In this document: positions 34,098-43,805 of the stretch, one piece after another
Layout: each line of letters starts with the position of its first letter
Numbering within the stretch: the stretch's first letter is position 1
From: a virus
Taxonomy: Duplodnaviria; Caudoviricetes
DNA length: 64,000 nucleotides
Virus record (IMG/VR): IMGVR_UViG_3300032243_000867
Coordinates: 64,001 to 128,000 of that record
Direction: 5' to 3' (one strand)
Made by a program: the position numbers and the translations under genes
The notes under the pieces: generated by a model
Told to the model about the DNA's origin: nothing
The model's input: the letters and a program-made list of their open reading frames with translations, nothing else
The model's database searches: none

Positions 34098-36827
34098 ATG
34101 CCTCTGATGAAGTACGCCAAAGCGATAAAGGCCCCTACCCTTTCCGCAAGCCTGTACGGCGGGGGTTGGGATAACGTCCGAGTTGCAGCTTCCCAAACCC
34201 GACTTGACCGCAACCTTTCCGATCAAGCCTCCAAGATTCTGAAGGAGACCTTCGATCCGTCGAAGTACCTCCTCAGCCATTGTACGATCGTAGCCTCGGT
34301 GGATACCGTAGAGGTACCCTCCTCCCGCCTCGGGTCTTCGATGGTGGATGGTAAGAAGGTCGTTCGTAAGACGACCGCCTACCGCATTACCCCTTCGACC
34401 GAGTGCTATGTGAACAACAACTTCGATAGCTGGGCGCGGCCCGTGCTGCTGAAGTCGTACAAGACGTTCACGGGGGCGTTCAACTTTTTGGAGCACGTCC
34501 AGATCGAGGACTTGTCCAAGGGTCGCATCCTGGACGCCGTTGCCCGGGACATCGGGGACAGCGTTTACGTTGACATCCTCATCGCCACGGATCGCAAGCA
34601 CACGGAGCTCATCAAGGACATCGAGAGCGGTGAGCTTTCTACCCTCTCGATGGGCTGTTTCCTCCCCGGCACGCAGGTGTCTCTCGCAGACGGCACCCGC
34701 GTTGCCATCGAGGACGTGCAAGTCGGGGACATGGTGCTCACCCACAAAGGCCGTTCCCGCGAGGTTCTGAACAAGCAGATCCGAGGCGGCAAGTGGGGCG
34801 TGAGGCGTATCGAAGCGGTAGGTGTACCGTCCGCCATCACGGCGACGGACATACACCCGTTCTTCGTCTTTCGTCTACCCGACGTGTGCGCGTGCGGATG
34901 TGGCGAGTCCCTACCGGCGTCCTACTCGTCGGGCAAGAGGACGGCACTACCCAATCGCCTCTCGCGGCGGTTCAAGGACGGCCACAACCTCCGCATACTC
35001 AATCCTAACGGGACGTACTCGCTGGAGGAGCGGGCCGCACGACAGGACCGTCTCGATGCCCTCTTCTCCCCCCGTATGGAAGAGGTGAAGGCGGCGGATC
35101 TCAAGGTCGGGGACTTCCTGTGTTTCCCGAGATCGCAGTTCGGCACAGGGGTGGACACCCCCCCTGGTCGAGCTCGCCTCTTGGGGTATTTCCTCGCGGA
35201 GGGAAACTTCCAGAAGCGGGACGGGAAGCACCACACCGTCGAGTTCAACTTCTCACTCCACGAGCGGGACACCTACGCCGCCGAGGTGATGAGGCTGCTG
35301 ACCGAAGAGTTCCCCGGATGCAACCCCCGGCTCTACACGGCGGGCGAGTCAGATGGGTGCGCGGCGACCGTGGTCGTCGCGGGCTCCGACATCGCGGCGT
35401 GGTTCCTTAAGCACGGCGGGGAGTACAGCCACGGGAAGCGCCTTCATCCCGACGTGATGGCGTGGAGCGTCGAGAACCAACTCCACCTTCTCGGTGCGTG
35501 GGTCAATGGTGACGGGAACCTCCAGAAGGGGGGTGCCACTTCTGTCACTACCGTGTCCTACGACCTCGTCTGCCAGATGCACGCGATCATGGCGCGCTGC
35601 GGCATCTACGCCCGAATGTACGGGTTGGTGCAGGGTAAGTCGGTCGATGTCGCGGAGGTGGTGAACGGGGGGCTCGTGCAGACCCTCTGTGACGACGGCT
35701 CTTACCGCCGTCCGTCGTTCCAACTAGACTTGGGGCAGACCCAATCACAAGCCCTTCGCGGACGGTGTGATAAGGTCAGGCTTGACCCCAAGTTCCAGAC
35801 GCAAGCCTGTCGCGTGCAGGATGACGTGGTGATGTTCCCGATCACCTCCATCGAGGCCCAGACCTACGAGGGCTGGGTTCACGACATGGAAGTCGAGGAA
35901 GACCACTCCTACGTCGTGGAGGGTGTGGCCGTACACAACTGCTCGATCGACGGCAGCACCTGCACCAAGTGCGGACATTGGGCCGCTGACGAGACTGAGT
36001 TTTGCGACCATGTCAAGTACATGAAGGGCAACACCTTCTACGACGAGAAGGGTGTGAAGCACCGCATCGCGGAACTGTGCGGCGACGTGACCCTAGATCC
36101 TACGGGCGGGGTGCAGTTCATCGAAGCTAGCTGGGTGAAGGTCCCGGCGTTCAAGGGCGCGGTTGCTCGTAACCTCATCACCCTGTCCAGCGACGACAAG
36201 GGCAAGACCGCCAAGCGCATCCAGAAAGTGGTGGGCACCCCGGCTCCGAAGGTTCCCGCCGACGGGTACTTGAAGGCGGCTCGTCGAATTCACGCTGACG
36301 AGTTTGGGCTGGACGACGCGGGCGAAGATGCCGCGAAGGAACCCGAGGCCCCCCCCGGGCCCGCCGACCCTTTGAAGGGCATCACGGACGAACTCAAGAA
36401 GTACGTCCTCGACAACCTAGCGAAGTCGCTGAAGGAAGACCTGTCGAAGTCGGACCTCACCAAGGCTCTCCTCCCCCCGGAACCGTCTACCGCACCCAAC
36501 GACACGGTGGTGAAGCAAGCTCGCGCGAAGCGGGCCGCGTACCTGTCACAGGTGCGTAGCATCGTCCGCACGGCCAGCACCGACCGGGATTTGGTACAGA
36601 AAATCGCCCGCCTGAATCGAGAACACGCGATTTTTGTTCCCGTAATTCTCTATCGCACAGCCCTAAAGGTCGGGGGTTCGCACCGTTACGCGAGCCTTTC
36701 CTCTTTCATCGGCGGGTGCCAGAAGTGTCTTGGCCGATACCCCACGGTTGGGGAAGCCCGTACGCTGATTCGTTTGGCCAAGCTGATCACAACCCGTTCT
36801 GTCGGCGTCACGCCGAAGAAGCCCTAA
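34098..36827 (+). CDS. Capsid maturation (prohead) protease with an intein
   Basis: FLEH, LSMG/C...CTKCG...CDH and FIEASWVKVPAFKGA, the HK97/assemblin-type protease pattern; located before scaffold and MCP. Confidence 0.8.
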   Translation: MPLMKYAKAIKAPTLSASLYGGGWDNVRVAASQTRLDRNLSDQASKILKETFDPSKYLLSHCTIVASVDTVEVPSSRLGSSMVDGKKVVRKTTAYRITPSTECYVNNNFDSWARPVLLKSYKTFTGAFNFLEHVQIEDLSKGRILDAVARDIGDSVYVDILIATDRKHTELIKDIESGELSTLSMGCFLPGTQVSLADGTRVAIEDVQVGDMVLTHKGRSREVLNKQIRGGKWGVRRIEAVGVPSAITATDIHPFFVFRLPDVCACGCGESLPASYSSGKRTALPNRLSRRFKDGHNLRILNPNGTYSLEERAARQDRLDALFSPRMEEVKAADLKVGDFLCFPRSQFGTGVDTPPGRARLLGYFLAEGNFQKRDGKHHTVEFNFSLHERDTYAAEVMRLLTEEFPGCNPRLYTAGESDGCAATVVVAGSDIAAWFLKHGGEYSHGKRLHPDVMAWSVENQLHLLGAWVNGDGNLQKGGATSVTTVSYDLVCQMHAIMARCGIYARMYGLVQGKSVDVAEVVNGGLVQTLCDDGSYRRPSFQLDLGQTQSQALRGRCDKVRLDPKFQTQACRVQDDVVMFPITSIEAQTYEGWVHDMEVEEDHSYVVEGVAVHNCSIDGSTCTKCGHWAADETEFCDHVKYMKGNTFYDEKGVKHRIAELCGDVTLDPTGGVQFIEASWVKVPAFKGAVARNLITLSSDDKGKTAKRIQKVVGTPAPKVPADGYLKAARRIHADEFGLDDAGEDAAKEPEAPPGPADPLKGITDELKKYVLDNLAKSLKEDLSKSDLTKALLPPEPSTAPNDTVVKQARAKRAAYLSQVRSIVRTASTDRDLVQKIARLNREHAIFVPVILYRTALKVGGSHRYASLSSFIGGCQKCLGRYPTVGEARTLIRLAKLITTRSVGVTPKKP
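34656..35939 (+). mobile_element. Intein (428 aa) with LAGLIDADG endonuclease in the prohead protease
   Basis: Starts CFLPGTQVSLADG; block B ATDIHPF; LLGYFLAEG and LLGAWVNGDG; ends VHDMEVEEDHSYVVEGVAVHN before Cys+1. Confidence 0.95.
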
Positions 36828-36839
36828 CAGGAGAAATCA

Positions 36840-38366
36840 ATGACTCGACGCCGACTGACGTGGAATGGCCGTATGGCCAGCGCGCCCCCCGCGATGCCGG
36901 GGTACCAGGAGCCCAGCGTTCACCCCGCCGCGTACCCCGATCCCGAGGCCGACGCCTACGAGAACGGTGACACGTCGTCGTGGGCCGAGGACCCGCACCC
37001 CGGCCCCTACCCGAACACGTTCCACCCGGCGCTTCCGGGCACCGAGGAGCCCATGGGGCACCCGGCGACGGACCCGAAGCACTACTTCCCGGCGGGCGTG
37101 ACGAAGCAGGCGAGCCGCCAGCTTCGCGCCGCGATGGAAGTCAAGGCCGCGAAGTGCATCCGCATCGCGCAGTCGATGCTGGGTCGCAAGGCGTCGGTCA
37201 GCGCCATCGAGGATCAGGCCCTCGACCTGATGAACCTCACCGAGCGTCAGATCGCCGCTGCGCTTTCGCGCATCGCGGATGACGGCATGGCGCAGGACGT
37301 TCCGACCGAGGCCAGCATGGACCTCCTCGCCGTCGAGAACATGACCCTCACCCCGGAGCGCACGAGCGACGAGGATCTTCTCGCGGAGATGCTTCAAGCG
37401 GGCGGTGACGAAGGCCCTATGTCCGATGAGCAGATCCTCGCGGGGATGATCGCGGAGCAGAAGGCCAAGATGTCGGGTATGCACATGGCGTCGCGCAAGC
37501 GCGCCTTCGGTGCGTACGACAAGATGCCCGGTGACCAGAACGACCCGGCTCACTACAACTTCCGCGCTGAGGGCGTTCTCGCTTCGGCCAAGAAGTCGGA
37601 AGACGCCGAGGCCGAGGAGATGCTCTCCGAAATGGTGAAGGAGGAGAAGAAGGCTTCCCTTCGCCGTCAGGCCAAGAAGTCCGAGGACGAGACCGCCGAA
37701 GAGGCCCCCGAAGCCGAGACGGCGGGCGAAGAGGAGCCCAAGGCCGAGAAGAAGGCCGCTCACTTCAAGCGCCTCGCGGCGTACTGGGAGCGCGTCGCCA
37801 AGAAGGCCGAAGAGGAGCCCAAGGCCGAAGAGGAGCCCAAGGCCGAAGAGGAGCCCAAGGCCGAAGAGGAGCCCAAGGCCGACAAGAAGGCCGCTGCCCG
37901 CAAGGCCGCGATTCGCCGTCTCGCTGGCCTGGAGCTCTCGGCGGAGGCCCAGCAGGCTATCGCCGCTCTTCTGAAGGCCGATGCCCAGGAGCCCGTGGCC
38001 GACGAGATCATGGGTGAGGACCTTCCCGTTGCGGGCGAAGATCCCACGGCGGACGACTTCATGATGGACGACATGGGCCTCGAAGACCCGATGCTCATGG
38101 ACGACATGGGCGTGGACGAGCTTTCGATGCTCTACGGCATGAGGCAAGCCAAGAAGTCCGAAGAGGATGAGGCCACCGAGGCCGAAGAGGAGCCCAAGGC
38201 CGAAGAGCCCAAGGCCGAGAAGAAGGCGGCGGTTCGCCCGCAGCCCCGCAAGGCGTCGAACGGCATCAAGTCGGTCGGAGCGGTCGCCAAGGTCGCTTCC
38301 GGCGACGTGAACGACCTGTCGAAGCTGTGGGAGTCGGCTCCCGACGTGAGCAAGATTTTCGGTTGA
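36840..38366 (+). CDS. Putative head scaffold/core protein
   Basis: Acidic, Ala/Glu/Lys-rich, with (KAEEEP)n 18-nt repeats at about 37802-37880; lies between the protease and the decoration/MCP genes; strong SD AGGAG. Confidence 0.65.
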   Translation: MTRRRLTWNGRMASAPPAMPGYQEPSVHPAAYPDPEADAYENGDTSSWAEDPHPGPYPNTFHPALPGTEEPMGHPATDPKHYFPAGVTKQASRQLRAAMEVKAAKCIRIAQSMLGRKASVSAIEDQALDLMNLTERQIAAALSRIADDGMAQDVPTEASMDLLAVENMTLTPERTSDEDLLAEMLQAGGDEGPMSDEQILAGMIAEQKAKMSGMHMASRKRAFGAYDKMPGDQNDPAHYNFRAEGVLASAKKSEDAEAEEMLSEMVKEEKKASLRRQAKKSEDETAEEAPEAETAGEEEPKAEKKAAHFKRLAAYWERVAKKAEEEPKAEEEPKAEEEPKAEEEPKADKKAAARKAAIRRLAGLELSAEAQQAIAALLKADAQEPVADEIMGEDLPVAGEDPTADDFMMDDMGLEDPMLMDDMGVDELSMLYGMRQAKKSEEDEATEAEEEPKAEEPKAEKKAAVRPQPRKASNGIKSVGAVAKVASGDVNDLSKLWESAPDVSKIFG

Positions 38367-38391
38367 TCTGACCGAGACTCGCGCCTTCTAG

Positions 38392-38428
38392 AACCCCCGC
38401 AAGAGAAATCTTGCGGGGGTTTTCGTTT
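38392..38428 (+). terminator. Rho-independent terminator
   Basis: 13-bp stem AACCCCCGCAAGA/TCTTGCGGGGGTT, GAAA loop and a T-rich tail. Confidence 0.85.
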
Positions 38429-38562
38429 GTTAGCCGATAGTTCCCCCCGTAGTACGGAAGCGCCTTGCTTCCATTTCACTTGAGGTTATCCCGGCAATGG
38501 TGTTGGGAGGGCCGCAAGAGTAGACCCCGCACCCCTGTAAACAGGGGTCAAAGGAGCACATC

Positions 38563-39243
38563 ATGCCTTTGACTGGACAGGCGAGCGGTGGCTGGACGGA
38601 GTCGTCGTCGGCTCTACGGATTCTCCACGTTGGTGTTCGTAACACCGTGGGCGTCCTGACTGACGATGCTTTCACCCAGACCAACCCTCCGATCATCAAG
38701 ACTGCTGGGACGGTTTCGACCTCCCCCGGCGCTCTCACCGAAGTTCTCGGCGTCCTCTCGGGCTCCGTGGCCTTCACCCGCCCGGACGCGGGAAGCAACT
38801 TCATCGGTGGACCGACCAAGACCGCGATGGCCCTCCCGGCCAGCGTGACTCAGGTCCTCCCGCTGGGCTGCTTCATCAACTCGGCGGCGGGCAACCCCTA
38901 CGAGAACCTCCCGGCGGTCGCGTCGGGCAAGGGTCCGTACGTGGCCGCGATGGGCACCTACGGTTCGCGCCTGTTCGAGACGCAGGTTCTCGTGACCACC
39001 AACGGCGGTACGGCGGCGGGCACGGCCCTCACCTACGTCGCTGGTATGCGCCTCGTGGCGAGCCAGAACGGCTACCTCATGCCCAGCGTCGTGTTCGCGG
39101 GCGGTGTTCTCGATCCGGTCGATGCGGGCGCGGCCTTCAACACGCTTGAGGGCGTGAACGGCGGCACGGCGACGACCATCGGCATCCTCAAGCTCGCTCC
39201 CGACTCGGTCCAGAACGAGATCGTGTTCGACCAGCGCATCTGA
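38563..39243 (+). CDS. Putative capsid decoration/cement protein
   Basis: Directly upstream of MCP; Gly/Thr/Ala-rich, with TYVAGMRLVASQNGYL. Confidence 0.6.
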   Translation: MPLTGQASGGWTESSSALRILHVGVRNTVGVLTDDAFTQTNPPIIKTAGTVSTSPGALTEVLGVLSGSVAFTRPDAGSNFIGGPTKTAMALPASVTQVLPLGCFINSAAGNPYENLPAVASGKGPYVAAMGTYGSRLFETQVLVTTNGGTAAGTALTYVAGMRLVASQNGYLMPSVVFAGGVLDPVDAGAAFNTLEGVNGGTATTIGILKLAPDSVQNEIVFDQRI

Positions 39244-39264
39244 TCGAAGGGAAGGAACACGAAC

Positions 39265-40146
39265 ATGACTACGCCGAACGTCAGCACCGAGATCAAGCAG
39301 AAGATCATCGGGGACTACATCAAGACCGCCGCTGGCCGCGCGAAGCTCGCCGCCAGCATGACGCAGCCGCTCCGTACCCGCCGCGACTACATGAGCGTCG
39401 GTCGCAAGACCTTCCTCGTGGAGCAGCTCCCGGACGGCGCGCTTCCGATCTACGACAAGGACCCGGACGTGACCGCGTACGTGGTGGGTGAGGAAGGCGA
39501 GAACATCCTCGCTATCACCAAGCCCCGCCGCGTGATCTTCCCCCTCTTCGAGATCGCCAGCAACCCCGAGATCCCGCTCACGCAGATCAAGGAGCGTCGC
39601 TTCGACCTCATCGAGCGTTCGCAGGACCTCGCCCGCGCGATGATTCAGGCGGCGGAAGACGAGCGCGTCTTCGCCGTTCTCGACGCCATCGCCGTCAACG
39701 GGTTCGACTCGATCCCCGGCGGCACCAACCCCGACATCCCCGTGGTCGCCCCGCTCAACGGCGCGGTCCTCGCGGATGCGTTCGCCCTCATCGAGCGCCA
39801 CGACCTCCGCGTCGCCCGCGTGTACATGAACGCCCGTGACTACGCGGACGTTCGCAAGTTCGGTCGCGACATCCTCGACATCGAGTCTCAGGCGACCCTG
39901 CTCAAGACCGGCCTCCAGGCGACCCTCTGGGGCGCTCAGGTCATCACGAGCCGTCTCGTCCCCGCTGGCACGGTGTACGTTTGCTGCGAACCGGAAATGT
40001 TCGGTCGGATTCCGGTCCGTACCGAGCTCACGGTCCTCAGCGCCGACGACCCCAAGGCCCGCACCATCGGCTTCTCGGTGTTCGAGAATTTGGGCATTGG
40101 CGCCTACAACCCCCGTGGTCTCGCCCGCCTGACGATCACCCGCTGA
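39265..40146 (+). CDS. Major capsid protein (HK97-fold probable)
   Basis: GRAKLAASM..PLR..RDY...RK...VEQLPDGA...YDKD, FEIASNP and RRFDLIER...EDERVF; highly biased codons; followed by a strong terminator. Confidence 0.8.
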   Translation: MTTPNVSTEIKQKIIGDYIKTAAGRAKLAASMTQPLRTRRDYMSVGRKTFLVEQLPDGALPIYDKDPDVTAYVVGEEGENILAITKPRRVIFPLFEIASNPEIPLTQIKERRFDLIERSQDLARAMIQAAEDERVFAVLDAIAVNGFDSIPGGTNPDIPVVAPLNGAVLADAFALIERHDLRVARVYMNARDYADVRKFGRDILDIESQATLLKTGLQATLWGAQVITSRLVPAGTVYVCCEPEMFGRIPVRTELTVLSADDPKARTIGFSVFENLGIGAYNPRGLARLTITR

Positions 40147-40171
40147 AGCGAAATCCTGGGTAAAACTAGGT

Positions 40172-40222
40172 AAAAGCACTAGGCCCGGATCTCGAAAAGG
40201 GTCCGGGCCTAGTGCTTTTTTA
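40172..40222 (+). terminator. Rho-independent (bidirectional-looking) terminator after MCP
   Basis: AAAAGCACTAGGCCCGGA...TCCGGGCCTAGTGCTTTT long stem. Confidence 0.9.
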
Positions 40223-40308
40223 CTCTCCCTCGTCGGGAATCTCTCCCATAGGTTAGATTCTCAAAGTTTCCGATACCGTTCGTTTCTGTGTTAGGTTATG
40301 CTTCAAGC

Positions 40309-42642
40309 ATGACTATGCGGACGTTCGTGTGTAAGGAGTGTGGGGTTTCGTTCCGCACAGATTTGCCGGGTAGGTTCACTACCTGCGATCCGTGCAAAGA
40401 ACGGAAGATTCGAGAGTCTCGTGCGAAGGTTTGTGTTTACCGTCACTGTGGTAAACCGTTCTCCGATGAGTCGTCTCAGAACTCTATGAAGTTCTGTACT
40501 CCCGAGTGCGCTCGACGGGAGAAGATGTTTCGGTCAGGAAAAGCCGGGGACGAGTCCTACTTCCGCATTCCAGGGGGGACCGGGAAACGAAATTGTACGG
40601 CGTGCGAAAAAGTCTTCGTGCCTTCTCCGGGCGAGGAGAAAACAGGCAGATGTGAGGCGTGCAGGGAGTCTCTTCGCAACAAAGAGTGCCTCATTTGCGG
40701 CACTCGATTTCGAGACGATTCTCTCAAGAACACTCGCCGTTACTGTGACGGGCATTCCATCGTAGGAGCCGCTCGCAACGTATACGTTGCTCCGAGCCGG
40801 TCGAAATCTGAGGGGGGGGATTTGAAGTCGCTTACTCCCTTCACCACCACATGGTGGGGGAGGGTGGGGGAGGTTCTTGTTCTTCATCTCCACCCGGAGT
40901 TTTTCGATGCCGTGAAGATGTACGGGAATCTCACGCCTTACGATCTGTACGACCGAGAGCGGGGGAAGATCGCCGTTAAGACGGCTGGTGCGTACTACAC
41001 ATCGCACGGTCGGAAGTGCTGGAAGTTCCAGTTCGGTTCCGACTCTCGTAGGTGCGACGCAGCGTTCATGTTGGGTTTTTCTGAGGATCGGCAACGGCTG
41101 GAACGGGCTTGGTTCCTACCGTTCTCAGAGTTACCGGATCGGTTGAAGGTGATGAGCCCGGATTCCAAGGAGTACATCCCAGACGGGGAGCTACCTCAGA
41201 CCGATGTGGCCGTGATGGATCGAAAGTTTCGGGTCATCCTCCGTGATCTCCCCTCACCCCTCGCATCCCCTACGAAGAGAGTTTCGGATCACACTGTGGT
41301 AGGGCGTCTTGGGGAGAGAGTCTACGCATCTCTTCATCCCCGGTCTGACCACGTTGCCTTGAGGGAGCCTACCTCTCGTTATGACTTCTTGGACGAGGGA
41401 GGGACCAAGGTAAACGTCCGCACTCGTCGCCCCGAGGAGGACGGTTCGTGGAAATTTGCCGTGCCGCATGAGGGGGGGTCCGACGTGTTCTATTTTCTGG
41501 CCTTGAACGCAGAGGGGTCAGAGGCAGAAGCCGCGTACCGAGTTCCCGTACGGGACGTGGAGTCTGGGATCGCCTCGGTTTGCTTGACTGATTCTTGGGT
41601 CGCGTACGCTCAGGGAGGATTCCCGGTGCCGGTTTCGTCTCTGGTGGAGATGTCTGAGTCGGAACAAGATCAGCTTTTTCTCAGTTCCCGAGAGATCGCC
41701 TCATACCCCAAGTCTGAGGTAGTTTCCCGCGCTCTTCGATACCACAGAGAACAAGGTTTTCCGTACCCTGAGATTCCATCTGACGTAGAGCTCGGAGACG
41801 CCCTATCTGCGATTCGTACCTACCAGACCGCAACGGATTTCCCCCCTACAACGGCGGGTTTGTCGGCCCTCTCGGGTTACTTCCCGCATCGGTTCGAGTC
41901 TCGCAATGAAAACTCCGATTTTTCCGCCGTGGGGGCATTCTGGGATGACGAGAGGTTCAAAAGAGCTCTCGCGTACACGGCAAACGGCCCTTCCCCGTCT
42001 TTCACAAGGGGATCGGTTCGCGGGGTCCTCACCGCCTTGAACCGCACGCCGGGTCAGTTCTCTCCCGGCGTAGCGAAGGAGTTGGTACGAAGGTTCTGTC
42101 CGTCTGGGGGGATTGTATTCGATCCGTGCGCTGGTTGGGGCGGGCGTCTGGTAGGGACGCTTGTGGCGGGTGCCCGGTACTACGGTTTGGATGTGAGCGC
42201 CCGTACCGCGAACGCTCTCGGAGTTCTCGGCACACGAGTTCGAGATTATCTCGGTCTCCCGCCCGAAACGGTATCCGTCGCGTGTGGTGATATCGAGAAG
42301 TTTGAAGCCCCCACTGAAGCGTTCGACTTCGCTGTTACCTCCCCGCCGTATTGGGGGAGAGAGCAGTACGATGTAGCAGAGGAACGAACCTACGAAGACT
42401 GGCGGAAATCGTTTCTCGGAAACCTCTTCGAGAAGGTCTACCGCTGTCTCAAGCCCGGTTCCTACTTCGCTTTGAACGTGAGCGATTACCAAGACGGGGG
42501 GAGCACCGTCCCGCTCGTACGGGATTCTAAGGAGGGGGCCTACCGTTCCGGTTTCGTTTTCGATACGGAGCTTCGCATGGAGAAGCACCCGTCATCGAGT
42601 TCTCGTTCTTATGAGCCTATTTTGGTGTTCAAGAAGGTTTGA
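40309..42642 (+). CDS. Fusion: Zn-finger array + two degenerate PD-(D/E)XK-like domains + amino (N4C/N6A) DNA methyltransferase
   Basis: Repeated CxxC pairs; two GRxGE...YD...WKF units; VFDPCAGWGGRL (motif I) then TSPPY (motif IV). ATG lies 6 nt after TATGCT. Confidence 0.75.
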   Translation: MTMRTFVCKECGVSFRTDLPGRFTTCDPCKERKIRESRAKVCVYRHCGKPFSDESSQNSMKFCTPECARREKMFRSGKAGDESYFRIPGGTGKRNCTACEKVFVPSPGEEKTGRCEACRESLRNKECLICGTRFRDDSLKNTRRYCDGHSIVGAARNVYVAPSRSKSEGGDLKSLTPFTTTWWGRVGEVLVLHLHPEFFDAVKMYGNLTPYDLYDRERGKIAVKTAGAYYTSHGRKCWKFQFGSDSRRCDAAFMLGFSEDRQRLERAWFLPFSELPDRLKVMSPDSKEYIPDGELPQTDVAVMDRKFRVILRDLPSPLASPTKRVSDHTVVGRLGERVYASLHPRSDHVALREPTSRYDFLDEGGTKVNVRTRRPEEDGSWKFAVPHEGGSDVFYFLALNAEGSEAEAAYRVPVRDVESGIASVCLTDSWVAYAQGGFPVPVSSLVEMSESEQDQLFLSSREIASYPKSEVVSRALRYHREQGFPYPEIPSDVELGDALSAIRTYQTATDFPPTTAGLSALSGYFPHRFESRNENSDFSAVGAFWDDERFKRALAYTANGPSPSFTRGSVRGVLTALNRTPGQFSPGVAKELVRRFCPSGGIVFDPCAGWGGRLVGTLVAGARYYGLDVSARTANALGVLGTRVRDYLGLPPETVSVACGDIEKFEAPTEAFDFAVTSPPYWGREQYDVAEERTYEDWRKSFLGNLFEKVYRCLKPGSYFALNVSDYQDGGSTVPLVRDSKEGAYRSGFVFDTELRMEKHPSSSSRSYEPILVFKKV

Positions 42643-42710
42643 TAGTCGAGGAAGATCCCGAAGGCATCCTCTGCAAGGCGCCTTAGTTTTTCTATACGTC
42701 CCCTAGGTGC

Positions 42711-42941
42711 ATGAACCGATCCCTCTTCATCCTTGCTCTGTGCTTCGTCGGATGCGGTGAATCTACCCCCTCGACCTTCGACGCCACTCTCGATCACGCG
42801 GACGCTAGCGACGCGGCGTCGGAGGTTTTCTCTGACGCGGACGCCCCGGCGGACGCCTCGATGGAAGCCCCCCGCGACGCCTCGATGGACGCTCTCACGG
42901 ACGCTTCTATTATGGACGCCCGCTCCGACTCGCGCGACTAA
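42711..42941 (+). CDS. Small lipoprotein-like protein with DAS/DAA repeats
   Basis: MNRSLFILALCFVGC lipobox-like signal; Asp/Ala/Ser-rich tail. Confidence 0.55.
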   Translation: MNRSLFILALCFVGCGESTPSTFDATLDHADASDAASEVFSDADAPADASMEAPRDASMDALTDASIMDARSDSRD

Positions 42942-42958
42942 AGGAACCTCCCGACGCC

Positions 42959-43795
42959 ATGAACCTCGAACACATGATCCGCACAGCGGCGGCGCTTCCC
43001 GAGGGCAGCGCCGACCGCCGCGCACTTCTCGCGGCGATCAAGGTCGCTATCGCCCCGGACACTGAGGACTTCGTGGAGTGGGTTCTCGCCACACAGAAGC
43101 CCATGAGCGAGTCTGAGATGGTCCGCTTCCTCGAAGCGAAGCTCGGTCGTACCCCGGACCCCGCCCCGGCGAAGGGTCAGTCGGGCCGTAAGAGCCCCAC
43201 CACCCCGCTCTCTGTGGGCGAGAAGGTGATGGTGGACAAGACCAAGAACGCGAACCCCCTCAACACGGATGCTTGCGAGCAGTATCACAACCGCGTGGCT
43301 CAGATCGCGGAAGTGACCAACGAGGGTCTGATCGTTCAGTTCTACCGCGGAAACATGGACTCGTGGGCCGACGAGCTCACGGGCGAGAAGCAGCTATTCA
43401 ACGGCTTCCAGTCGGGTCAGAAGTCGGGCCTGTATCGCTGGACCCCGAAGTCGGCCATCGTCGAGAACAGCACGGACAAGAAGATCTTGTTCGAGTGCGT
43501 ATACCTCCGTGGCGGTACGTCCGTGGATACCCGCCGTATGGAGCAGATCGAGCAGTACGTCGAGCAGGGCGTTCTCAAGGGAGAGTCCCGAAGCACCGTG
43601 TACTACACGGGTCTCGTCGGGCGCTTCGCGGAGAACCAGCAGGGCGAGGTCTACTTCGGCCTGGTCGCCCAGCAGCGCGATGTCCCCACCTTCATCAACC
43701 CGAAGAAGGGTCAGCTTCTCTACATCGGCGTCGCGGGCAAGCGCCCCGGCGGGTGGATGGAAGAGGCTGTGAAGCTCGGCCTTCGAGTTCCCTGA
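42959..43795 (+). CDS. Hypothetical virion-cluster protein
   Basis: N-terminal MIRTAAALPEGSADRRALLAAIKVA leader and an SH3-like segment. Confidence 0.65.
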   Translation: MNLEHMIRTAAALPEGSADRRALLAAIKVAIAPDTEDFVEWVLATQKPMSESEMVRFLEAKLGRTPDPAPAKGQSGRKSPTTPLSVGEKVMVDKTKNANPLNTDACEQYHNRVAQIAEVTNEGLIVQFYRGNMDSWADELTGEKQLFNGFQSGQKSGLYRWTPKSAIVENSTDKKILFECVYLRGGTSVDTRRMEQIEQYVEQGVLKGESRSTVYYTGLVGRFAENQQGEVYFGLVAQQRDVPTFINPKKGQLLYIGVAGKRPGGWMEEAVKLGLRVP

Positions 43796-43805
43796 AAGGT
43801 GCCTC

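Noticed and set aside
32783-40179. Long minus-strand ORFs (32783-34213, 36837-38147, 38614-40179)
   Set aside because: They mirror the scaffold, decoration and MCP genes codon for codon (Leu/Arg/Gly/Val-rich antisense pattern).
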